From positions 1 to 27,982 of the IMG/VR virus record IMGVR_UViG_3300016263_000382: DNA of 27,982 nucleotides. One strand, written 5' to 3'. This DNA is from a virus. Its lineage: Duplodnaviria > Caudoviricetes. Below, one piece after another: positions 1 through 7,753 of the stretch. A model generated the notes under the pieces. That model was not told the origin of the DNA, did no database searches, and worked only from the letters and a program-made list of their open reading frames with translations. Position numbers and translations under genes: made by a program. The number at the start of each line of letters is the position of its first letter. Within the stretch, counting starts at the first letter, position 1.

Positions 1-2744
1 TTTCCTCTTGGTCCAGAACCAGGAGGTATCATTGGTTGAGTTGGAGATCCGCCACCTCCGCCACCTCCGCCTCCACCACCCGCAGTTTGTGGAGCGCCAA
101 CTGCAACAAATTGAGGTTGATTTGCTGTTTCCATAGAAGCAAGGTGAAGCGCATCGCCCAATTCATTTTCCATTCTTTTGGATATAGAAGCTTTCATTCC
201 TGCATCTAAACTACTCAATCCACCAACATATTGATTTCTCGCAGTATAAAGCGATGTTAATACATCTTGAGTTGAGGCATTAGGACCAGCTTGTTGCATA
301 GCGGCGGCAAGTATTTTTTTATTTCCTGCTAATCCGTGTTGTACGCTCTGGCTAAACAAAGCTTTTTGAATTGTTGGATCAGATATATCATAACCCATTT
401 CTTGTGCTGCTCTGGCAACAGGGTCATAATGAGTTCTTTTTATGAAAGCTTCTTGCGCTCCAGCAAATCCTTCTTTATCCCCAGCGACAGCATTTTTATA
501 AGCAGCATCAAATGCAGCTGTACCTATTTGACTTGGATCTAATCCATATTTTTGAGCAAACGCTTGACCTTCTGGACTATTCAAAAATTTTTCCATAGTT
601 CCTGCTTTAGAGGAAAGCTGATATGTGCCGTAAGATTTACCACCAGGATCACCAGCACCAGAAGAAATGGTACCGACATCCCCCTTAGATTCATATCTAG
701 CAGACAAAGCGCCAATTCCACTGGCAGCTTCTATTGGCGGTCTACCGCCTCCGCCTGATGGTCTTTGTTCCCCAGCAGGAGCTCCTCCTTGAGCGCCAGG
801 ACCTCCGCCTGATGGTCTTTGTTCCCCAGCAGGAGCTCCTCCTTGAGCGCCAGGAGGTGCTAACATTTGTCTCAGATTACCAATATTTGCGGAACCGAGC
901 GTTGATACTGACGTAGCTATTTTAGCAATTTTTTCTGGGTCTAAATCTTCTGCGATGTTAACAAGATTACCAAGTCCTTGCGCCAATGAAGAAATACCAT
1001 CACCAATGTCTCTTAAATTTGGTCCGCTGATTTCTTCAAAAGCGACCAAAGATTTCGCTACTCTTGTTAGGGTGTCTTCCTCTTCATCAGAACCCAACAA
1101 CCAATCTAATGCTTTTCCTATTAAATCGCCAGTAGCAAATGCACCAATGCCAAGAGCAAGCTTACCTAATCCTTCTGCAGCTTTTAATAAATTATCCCCA
1201 TTAATCGTATCGTATGAATTTAATCCTTCAGCAACAGAAGTTAACATCTCCTTGACATTTTGGGGACCACCCATTTCTTTAAACGCCTTAGCGCCAGTAG
1301 CCAAACCAGTAAAGAAACCACCAATAGCAAGACCAATAACAGCTATGCCAAGATTTGCTCCAGCAGCAACACCAAGACCTATACCAGTACCACCAATGGC
1401 TCCGAAGAGCGCACCAGCTGCTAGCATCCCACTAAGAGCTGTCAAACTTCCTTCATTGAAAGATCCAAGACCTTCGCCAACGGATGTTAACATTTCTTTA
1501 ACAGTTGATCCACCACCAAGTTCGCTGTATGCTTTTGCACCAAGCGCAAGACCACTGAAGAATCCGCCGATAGCCAAACCGATAACAGCTATACCCAGAT
1601 TTGCTCCTATGGCCATGGTAGCACCACCAGCACCACCAACAGCGCCAAATACTGCACCAGCTGCAAGTAAGCTACCAAGTGCGACTAAACCTTGTGTATC
1701 AAATGCCCCTAACCCTTCACCAACGGCTGTCAACATATCTTTGACACCAGATGCGCCGCCGAGAGCAGTGGTAGCTGCTCCGCCAAGAGCAAGACCAGCA
1801 AAGAATCCACCAATACCAACACCGATAGCAGCTATACCGATTGGAGCAGTAAGTTTTTCTTTATCTCCAGAATAAGCACCAAATATAGCACCAGCCGCTA
1901 GAAGTGCACCAAATCCTACCATTCCACCAGTATCAAAAGAACTCAACCCTTCGCCGACGGCTGTTAACATGTCTTTGACGCCAGATGCACCACCAACTGC
2001 ATTTACAGCTGCGCCACCAAGAGCCAGTGCTGCGATAAATGCACCAATACCAGCGCCAACTGCAGCTATACCAAACCCTGCTTTTCCGGAAGTTTCAACA
2101 TCAGGAACAAGGCTTGAACCAGAACCAGAAGTTGAAGTTGTTGGTGTAGTTCCTGTACCACCAACAGTAGCAGCAGGTGCAGCTGTTGTAGCTGGACCAA
2201 CAGCTCTTCTCATCATTTCATCTTTTGCGCCTTTACCACCAAATCCAGCTAGAATTTGCTTTGGTGTTAGACCTTTTTTCTTTGCTAGTTCAAATTCCGA
2301 AGGTTTCTTTGCTGCTTTTTCTTCTCTTTTCTTTTTCGCAAGATCCATTAGCCCAGAAATACCAGCCTTGGCTCCTTTGAAACCGAGTTTTCCTACTCCA
2401 AGAGCACCTTGTAATAATAGAGCAGCAACTGGATCGTCTTGTCTCAATGCGCCCATTGTTCTTCTGCCAAGATTGGCAGCAGTGCGACCAGCTTTTGCTC
2501 CTAAAGTATCTTCTTTTTCAAGATCAGCAATTGCTTTTGCTAAATTGTTTTCTTTATTTGTAGTATTTTTAAGCGCAACATTGTTATTTGCAACAGCAAG
2601 AGTTAGCTTTTCTATGGCATCAGAAAGGCTTTTTAATTCTTTGTTATTTGTTTTTAGATCTTTGTCTGGTTTTGGTGTTCCAGTTCCTCTACCAGAACCA
2701 CCAGTACCACCAGCAGGACCTCTTGGATTTCTAGGTTTTGCCAT
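1..2744 (-). CDS. Tape-measure-like tail protein (functional analogue of T4 gp29), truncated by the window edge, with hydrophobic repeats and a lysozyme-like domain
   Basis: Hand translation from ATG 2744-2742 (MAKPRNPRGPAGG...) stays open to base 1 (>=914 codons). It has a basic/coiled N-terminus, four Gly/Ala hydrophobic repeats (GIAxIGxxIGGFFxGLALG...VKxMLTxVGEGL), Pro/Gly linkers and a LSARYES...GDPGGKSYGTYQL domain. It lies directly after the tail-chaperone-like genes. Confidence 0.8.
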   Translation of the reverse strand, partial: MAKPRNPRGPAGGTGGSGRGTGTPKPDKDLKTNNKELKSLSDAIEKLTLAVANNNVALKNTTNKENNLAKAIADLEKEDTLGAKAGRTAANLGRRTMGALRQDDPVAALLLQGALGVGKLGFKGAKAGISGLMDLAKKKREEKAAKKPSEFELAKKKGLTPKQILAGFGGKGAKDEMMRRAVGPATTAAPAATVGGTGTTPTTSTSGSGSSLVPDVETSGKAGFGIAAVGAGIGAFIAALALGGAAVNAVGGASGVKDMLTAVGEGLSSFDTGGMVGFGALLAAGAIFGAYSGDKEKLTAPIGIAAIGVGIGGFFAGLALGGAATTALGGASGVKDMLTAVGEGLGAFDTQGLVALGSLLAAGAVFGAVGGAGGATMAIGANLGIAVIGLAIGGFFSGLALGAKAYSELGGGSTVKEMLTSVGEGLGSFNEGSLTALSGMLAAGALFGAIGGTGIGLGVAAGANLGIAVIGLAIGGFFTGLATGAKAFKEMGGPQNVKEMLTSVAEGLNSYDTINGDNLLKAAEGLGKLALGIGAFATGDLIGKALDWLLGSDEEEDTLTRVAKSLVAFEEISGPNLRDIGDGISSLAQGLGNLVNIAEDLDPEKIAKIATSVSTLGSANIGNLRQMLAPPGAQGGAPAGEQRPSGGGPGAQGGAPAGEQRPSGGGGRPPIEAASGIGALSARYESKGDVGTISSGAGDPGGKSYGTYQLSSKAGTMEKFLNSPEGQAFAQKYGLDPSQIGTAAFDAAYKNAVAGDKEGFAGAQEAFIKRTHYDPVARAAQEMGYDISDPTIQKALFSQSVQHGLAGNKKILAAAMQQAGPNASTQDVLTSLYTARNQYVGGLSSLDAGMKASISKRMENELGDALHLASMETANQPQFVAVGAPQTAGGGGGGGGGGGSPTQPMIPPGSGPRG
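49..80. repeat. Poly-Gly codon run (GGN)n in the tape-measure-like gene
   Basis: ccgccacctccgccacctccgcctccaccacc encodes a run of Gly on the minus strand. Confidence 0.85.
748..855. repeat. Perfect 54-bp tandem duplication (2 copies)
   Basis: 748-801 is identical to 802-855; it encodes PGAQGGAPAGEQRPSGGG twice in the minus-strand frame. Confidence 0.97.
1213..2073 (-). repeat. Four degenerate ~80-aa hydrophobic repeats in the tape-measure-like protein
   Basis: The anchors VKDMLTAVGEGL, VKDMLTAVGEGL, VKEMLTSVGEGL and VKEMLTSVAEGL are each preceded by GIAxxGxxIGxFxxxLAxG. Confidence 0.9.
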
Positions 2745-2746
2745 TA

Positions 2747-2941
2747 TTACCTTCTCTTAGCTGCTTGGTTTTTTTGTTCTTTTTTCTTTTCTTCCAAATA
2801 TTGTTGCAGCATAGCAACGTAAATATCACGTTCAAAAGGTATCATATCTTCAAGTTCAGAAATACTATATTTGTGGTGCTGAACCATAGCAAAAACAGTT
2901 TTATAATAGTTGGTTAAACTATTGTGGCTCAGCCCAAAGTA
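2747..2941 (-). CDS. gp51-C-like ORF (baseplate hub assembly catalyst); probably the -1 frameshift extension of the gp26-like gene
   Basis: Reads YFGLSHNSLTNYYKTVFAMVQHHKYSISELEDMIPFERDIYVAMLQQYLEEKKKEQKNQAAKRR* with stop at 2749-2747. The QHHKYSxxELExMIPFERDIY motif is typical of T4-like gp51 annotations. The first ATG (2887) has no Shine-Dalgarno. Not in the ORF track. Confidence 0.85.
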   Translation of the reverse strand, partial: YFGLSHNSLTNYYKTVFAMVQHHKYSISELEDMIPFERDIYVAMLQQYLEEKKKEQKNQAAKRR

Positions 2942-3630
2942 AAAAAATCTGATAATGTGCTCAGTACAGCTTTCTTTTCCTTTCCTCCAGCTACATAAGG
3001 AACTTCACAATAAACGCTTGGCATATTCTTTAAGAATTCGTCAACTTCAGTAATGATTTGAACTGGCAAATTCTCAACGAAATCTTCAACTTCCTTTTTA
3101 GTATATTCTGAAAACTTATAAACTTGATCTCCATCATAAAGTTTATCTAATAGGTAAGTAACAACTTCAAATATATTTTTAGTATAACTTTCTGTTATTT
3201 CAACCTTGTCCATAAAATCTGCTTTTGGGTATTTTAGTTGTACCGACATCGTATCAGTAATTTTTATCAATGGTGCTTTTCTTTTGTTTCTAATTTGAAC
3301 ATTATTCAAATCAAGATCAACCATAATTGGAACTTCTAGTTCTTCATCATTAATTCTAATTTGAATTATATTACCAACAGAATTCGCTCTCAGTTGAATG
3401 AAGAAATATTCAATATCAAAGAACGATAGTTCATTAACATCAAAACCAGGATCAACAACACAATTATTAATAATTTGCTTTATTGCTCTTAGCATTTCTG
3501 CTTCATCTTTACCTTCTGCAGCCATCAGCAGAATTTTTTCTTCTTTTACTAGAAATGGTCTGTATCTAATTTCTTGTTCTGTTGATGGTATAGTCAAAGT
3601 ATAAATTGGTTTGTCAATTTTAGGTAACAT
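2929..3630 (-). CDS. gp26: Baseplate hub assembly chaperone, T4 gp26-like
   Basis: MLPKIDKPIYTLTIPST...YRPFLVKEEKILLMA...FDIEYFFIQLRANSVG and a C-terminal DFF are hallmarks of this family; AGGAG Shine-Dalgarno at 3640-3644. Confidence 0.9.
   Translation of the reverse strand: MLPKIDKPIYTLTIPSTEQEIRYRPFLVKEEKILLMAAEGKDEAEMLRAIKQIINNCVVDPGFDVNELSFFDIEYFFIQLRANSVGNIIQIRINDEELEVPIMVDLDLNNVQIRNKRKAPLIKITDTMSVQLKYPKADFMDKVEITESYTKNIFEVVTYLLDKLYDGDQVYKFSEYTKKEVEDFVENLPVQIITEVDEFLKNMPSVYCEVPYVAGGKEKKAVLSTLSDFFTLG
2941..2947 (-). other. Putative -1 ribosomal frameshift slippery site U_UUU_UUU
   Basis: Minus strand GAT TTT TTT ACT TTG GGC TGA; the heptamer is in X_XXY_YYZ phase and the -1 frame is open into the gp51-like ORF. 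Confidence 0.7.
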
Positions 3631-3649
3631 AAATCAATTCTCCTAATTA

Positions 3650-4495
3650 TTAAAATCCATTAAATCCGCTAAAAGTTTGTCTTAGAGTTCTACTTATTCC
3701 GCCTTGCGCTGGGGAAACAGCACGTTGAATTGAACTTTGTAGTATAGCTGTTGGTTGAGGAATGTTAACCAAATCAGAAACGATTGGTATATGTGGTATG
3801 TTTGGTAGCGTAAGTGAAGACAAGCTGAAACCTCTTGGGTTTCTTGCAGCTTGTAATGGTATACCATTAAGCTGATCAAGATAATCCTGAAGTTGGCTGC
3901 TTGCGCTTTCTGCACTAATTTCTGCATTCAATTGAATATTGAACACGGAAAATGTAACATTGAATGTATAGAATGTGTTTTGATTTTCCCAATTCAATTG
4001 AGTGTCTGTAAATGAGGTTGGGAACATTTCAAACAATTTGTAAACGCGAATTACCTTGTTAGCATAATCATATATTTCAATTTTACCATCCAATACATAA
4101 TCATCTCTGTAAGGAACGGTAAACATTTCTGGATCTTGGGTTATATGCTTACCAGAACCAGTCATGTATTCCATCCAATCGTCAAACAAACTTAACATTT
4201 CACCATTGCCATCGGCGATGAATGTAGCTGTCACATCTTGAATACTTCCATTAATTACGTTTCTTTCATTGAAACCAACACCATATCTTTTATGGGCTGA
4301 AACTTCAACGTTTCTTGCTGGTACGTTTATCGCATGACAATAAAATCTAAGTTCTCTCGACAAAGAATATCTATATCCAAAAGGATGTTCTCCAGATCTT
4401 GGAAATCCGAAAGAAAACACGAATCTGTTTGTTGGCAAAATACCATTTCTGGAATTTAGCGCAATTGATTTAAATTCTTGAATGTCGAATGCCAT
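3650..4495 (-). CDS. gp54: Baseplate tail-tube initiator, gp54-like, with C-terminal extension
   Basis: Tube-protein-like motifs (NRF...C..INVP...FDDWME...YRDDY...YKLFEMFPTS...LNW...FNVTFS); position next to gp2. Confidence 0.7.
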   Translation of the reverse strand: MAFDIQEFKSIALNSRNGILPTNRFVFSFGFPRSGEHPFGYRYSLSRELRFYCHAINVPARNVEVSAHKRYGVGFNERNVINGSIQDVTATFIADGNGEMLSLFDDWMEYMTGSGKHITQDPEMFTVPYRDDYVLDGKIEIYDYANKVIRVYKLFEMFPTSFTDTQLNWENQNTFYTFNVTFSVFNIQLNAEISAESASSQLQDYLDQLNGIPLQAARNPRGFSLSSLTLPNIPHIPIVSDLVNIPQPTAILQSSIQRAVSPAQGGISRTLRQTFSGFNGF

Positions 4496-4509
4496 GTTTT
4501 TATTGATCC

Positions 4510-5118
4510 TTATTCGTAGGCAATTCTTCTGCTTTCTCTAAACACTTGTTGCTTTGAAGCGCCAACAAATCTTTCTGTTGGTAAGAACAAAGCTGTATCC
4601 CAACTTGTTATTGGAACTTGCAAGTATCTGGATTTAACATGATCAAACAAGTATCTTTTGACACAAGGTTTAATCAATCTAAATCTACTAGAAGAAGAAA
4701 GCATTTGATATGTCATTCTTAATCTTGTCGATTCATCATAGCGTTGATTGTTCAACAATGTGTATAGAGCATCCATAAGTTTGGCGCGAAGCAATGGAGA
4801 AAGATAGTGTAAATTGATTCCTGTAAATCCATCACTGTTTAAGGAAAATGGGAAAACAAGAGGAAACTTATCATAATAAGGAAGATCGTATTTTCCCTTT
4901 GGGTCATAGAAAAACATATACATACGACCAATGCTTTTTATATTAATATTGCTGACAAGATTGACGCTGTTTTCAGACATCAATCTATTGCCTTGTATGG
5001 TTTGGACTTCGGCTGCAGAATCTCTCATCCAAGTGCGAGCGTCTTCAATATCACTTCTGCTTGGATTCTTACCGAAACCAAGAGATTTAGCTAAGTCTTG
5101 AAATTTAAAAACTGCCAT
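4510..5118 (-). CDS. gp2: DNA end protector protein
   Basis: GRMYMFFYDPKGK..LPYYDKFPLVF...GINLHYL...KPCVKRYL..HV.S...W.TA.FLPTERF is the T4 gp2 signature. Confidence 0.95.
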   Translation of the reverse strand: MAVFKFQDLAKSLGFGKNPSRSDIEDARTWMRDSAAEVQTIQGNRLMSENSVNLVSNINIKSIGRMYMFFYDPKGKYDLPYYDKFPLVFPFSLNSDGFTGINLHYLSPLLRAKLMDALYTLLNNQRYDESTRLRMTYQMLSSSSRFRLIKPCVKRYLFDHVKSRYLQVPITSWDTALFLPTERFVGASKQQVFRESRRIAYE

Positions 5119-5552
5119 TAGTATTTAATCCCCAGCTCTTTTTCCGTTAAAATCATAAACTTCCATTTACGATCTTCACAAAATTCTTGAGCAGCCTTCC
5201 ATTTTGCGCTATTTATGCCCCAAGTTTGCACTTCTGTAATGTACCTTTTATTTATAGTCTTTGACGGAGTAGGTTCTTTCGTTTGAGCAAATGGTTTGAT
5301 CTCAACAACAACCGTCTCAGTAATACCTTCTTTGGTTTTTCTACGAACAATGAAGTCTGGAAAATACCTGTGCATTCTGCCATCAATCGGAGACTTGTAA
5401 GGTATTATCATTTCTTCGCTGCCCCACTCAATAACAGTTGGATCTGCGTCCAGCTTCATCATAAAACGAAGTTCCCATGAGCTTCGGTAAACGATGTTCG
5501 CTGGATTGCCTTTGTATTTCTGTGGGTTTCTTGGTTTAAATTTTCCCTTCAT
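5118..5552 (-). CDS. gp4: Head completion nuclease
   Basis: KGKFKP.NP.KY.G....IVYRSSWE...W.SEE..IPY.SP.D...HRYFPDF...EIKP..QT..P...N.AKW.AA is the gp4 signature. Start is ATG 5552 or TTG 5561; TAATG overlap with gp2. Confidence 0.96.
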   Translation of the reverse strand: MKGKFKPRNPQKYKGNPANIVYRSSWELRFMMKLDADPTVIEWGSEEMIIPYKSPIDGRMHRYFPDFIVRRKTKEGITETVVVEIKPFAQTKEPTPSKTINKRYITEVQTWGINSAKWKAAQEFCEDRKWKFMILTEKELGIKY

Positions 5553-5569
5553 GATCCTCAAATGATTCT

Positions 5570-5577
5570 TATAAATA
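5570..5577 (+). promoter_or_regulatory. T4-type late promoter TATAAATA
   Basis: Exact gp55 consensus about 30 bp upstream of the gp48 start, in the divergent spacer. Confidence 0.85.
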
Positions 5578-5589
5578 AATAGAAACTCA

Positions 5590-5597
5590 AATTTATA
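5590..5597 (-). promoter_or_regulatory. Candidate late promoter TATAAATT for the leftward operon
   Basis: One mismatch to TATAAATA, facing gp4, about 40 bp upstream of it. Confidence 0.5.
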
Positions 5598-5608
5598 TAG
5601 GTAGGTTC

Positions 5609-6862
5609 ATGGGCAATCCAACCATCAATAACAACGGCGACATTAGTTTTGGAACTCTTGGTTCTGGTATAGCAGATTCCGCTTCAAGTGCATGGAATAG
5701 TTTAACGAGCGGTTTGAAACAAGCTGGTGGGGCTGTCGGAACAACCGCATCATCGTTTGTAAATAATCTAGGAAAAGTTACTGGAGGAGGAGGCGGATTT
5801 GGATTTCCTGGAGGATTTATTCCACCACAACCAGATTCGCCAAAATTTAACTCTGACAGAGCAGCAATAGAACCACCAACTCCGCCAGCCAAAACTGTTG
5901 CGCAAATTAAAAATGAAGCGTCTCCAAAATCATCAATTCTTGAGTATCCATTAAACAACAAATCAAAATTTAAATTTGGCATTGAAATTTCTGATTATGT
6001 AAAGTTTGAACCATTCGAAAAACCAAAACTTAAAATTGAAGCCAACATATTTTTGCCAGTTCCAGATAATCTTGTTGAGAGATATGGAACCACAATATCA
6101 GAGGTTTCTCTAGGAGCAGCTGGCGCTATAGCTGCGCAAGAAATCGGCAGATTTAAGCAAGGCGGAGTTGAAAATATTGAATCTTCATTAAACCAGTCTT
6201 TAAATTATCTCTATGAATCAGGAAAAGATTTTGGTGTGAAAAATTTGATGACTCTTGGTGCTCTTCAAGTTGCAAAAGGCATCGGAGCTATGGGCGACCT
6301 TGGTGATAAAATTCAAAATATCGCAGAAGCTGGTCTTGGTGCAGTTGTCAATCCAAACGTAGCAGCTTTGTTTAAGGGCGTCAAGCTAAGAGAACACTCA
6401 TTTAAGTGGAAATTTTATCCAAGAAATCAAGAAGAATCCACTCAAGTCAGATTGATTGTTGGGAAATTAAGAAAATCAATGTTGCCGCAAGTCAGCCAAG
6501 GAATTGGTGCTATATTCAGTTATCCTAAAGTGTTCAGTTTGAACATATTGCCAGACGAGAATAATCCATATCTCTATAAATTTAAAAAATGTTTTCTTGA
6601 AAGCATGGAAGTAAATTATTCTCCATCTGGTCCTGCTTTTCATAAAAATAATGCTCCTGCAGAAATTTCATTAACTTTGCAATTTCAAGAAATTGTGGTA
6701 TTTACTGCTGATGATTTTGATGAACAGGGAGATTTTACAACTTCTGGTTCAACACCAGCTGGAACTTTTGATAGTTTACCATCAACAACTGTTGCAATTC
6801 CAGGAGGAACAAATGTACCCAGAAGTCCAACAGGCGGTATTGCTGGGGTAACTGGAAGGTAA
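5609..6862 (+). CDS. gp48: Baseplate tail-tube cap, gp48-like
   Basis: I.LPVP.NL...NPNV..LFKGV.LR.H.F.WKFYPRN.EES...F.YP..F...KFK.CFL..MEVNYSP.G...P..I.LTLQFQE; directly upstream of gp53. Confidence 0.88.
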   Translation: MGNPTINNNGDISFGTLGSGIADSASSAWNSLTSGLKQAGGAVGTTASSFVNNLGKVTGGGGGFGFPGGFIPPQPDSPKFNSDRAAIEPPTPPAKTVAQIKNEASPKSSILEYPLNNKSKFKFGIEISDYVKFEPFEKPKLKIEANIFLPVPDNLVERYGTTISEVSLGAAGAIAAQEIGRFKQGGVENIESSLNQSLNYLYESGKDFGVKNLMTLGALQVAKGIGAMGDLGDKIQNIAEAGLGAVVNPNVAALFKGVKLREHSFKWKFYPRNQEESTQVRLIVGKLRKSMLPQVSQGIGAIFSYPKVFSLNILPDENNPYLYKFKKCFLESMEVNYSPSGPAFHKNNAPAEISLTLQFQEIVVFTADDFDEQGDFTTSGSTPAGTFDSLPSTTVAIPGGTNVPRSPTGGIAGVTGR

Positions 6863-6874
6863 AGGTCAAATTAA

Positions 6875-7753
6875 ATGGCTATAAACTATTTTGAAAATTT
6901 CAATAACATTATTCACACACAAACATTTGCGAAAAATATATTATCCCGTTCAAAATTTGTATCAAGCTTGCTTAAAAATGAGTACGCTCTTCTTCCATAT
7001 GAAATAAAGGAAGGAGAAAGACCAGACACAATAGCACATGAATATTATGGCGACGCAAGATATGCTTGGTTAGTTTATTTGAGCAATGAGATATATGATC
7101 CTTATTATGATTGGTATTTGAGTCAAACTGATTTCGACAAATATATTGCAAAAAAATATGGATCAGTTGAAACTGCAATGGCAACTATTTTGCATTACCA
7201 GAACAATTGGTCTTCGTCCGATTCGATCATTTCAGTAGCTGCGTATGAATCATTAATTCGTGAAAGAAAAAAATACTGGGAGCCAATTCTAGTAAACAAC
7301 ATTCCTTTTCAATATCAAAGAAAAAGAGTTGATTGGAAAATAACCAAAGAATCGTATAATAATGCCTACAGTTCTGCAGCAAATTCTAGTGGGACAGTTA
7401 GCGTAAGTAATACATCAGCAACTGTAACTGGAACAGGAACTGCATTCTCAAATACCTTTGTTCAAGGTCAATATATAAAATTGTGGTCCAGTAGCCAAGA
7501 ATATTCCATAAAAGAAGTTTTTTCAGTAAACAGTAACACATCAATTACGCTTTCAACAAATTCAGATTTCTCTAATACTTCTGCTAATTATGCAGTCGCA
7601 TCAAATACATTTATCGAAAGCATTTACTATGATCCAGTTTATGCGTATGAATATGAGTTAGAACAAAACGAAAAAAAGAAACACATCAAACTTCTTTCCA
7701 AACAGTATCTTGGTCAAGTTGAACAGCAATTAAGAGAATCATTGAATGTCTAA
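6875..7753 (+). CDS. gp53: Baseplate wedge subunit gp53 with an inserted ~70-aa module
   Basis: LysM-like YEIKEGERPDTIAHEYYGD..Y.WLV.L.N...DPY.DW...KKYG, and C-terminal YEYE...NE.K..IKLL. Confidence 0.93.
   Translation: MAINYFENFNNIIHTQTFAKNILSRSKFVSSLLKNEYALLPYEIKEGERPDTIAHEYYGDARYAWLVYLSNEIYDPYYDWYLSQTDFDKYIAKKYGSVETAMATILHYQNNWSSSDSIISVAAYESLIRERKKYWEPILVNNIPFQYQRKRVDWKITKESYNNAYSSAANSSGTVSVSNTSATVTGTGTAFSNTFVQGQYIKLWSSSQEYSIKEVFSVNSNTSITLSTNSDFSNTSANYAVASNTFIESIYYDPVYAYEYELEQNEKKKHIKLLSKQYLGQVEQQLRESLNV

Noticed and set aside
748-855. Direct repeat as a CRISPR array or attachment site
   Set aside because: There is no spacer, it has only two copies, its length is a multiple of three, and it lies inside a coding frame.
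336-916. Short plus-strand ORFs, including the 60-aa one with a duplicated peptide
   Set aside because: They are antisense to the minus-strand gene; the duplicated peptide just reflects the 54-bp repeat.
955-2760. Long plus-strand ORFs 955..1875 and 1969..2760
   Set aside because: They are antisense shadows of the Gly/Ala-rich tape-measure-like gene; the Pro/Ala composition mirrors its codons and there is no ribosome binding site.
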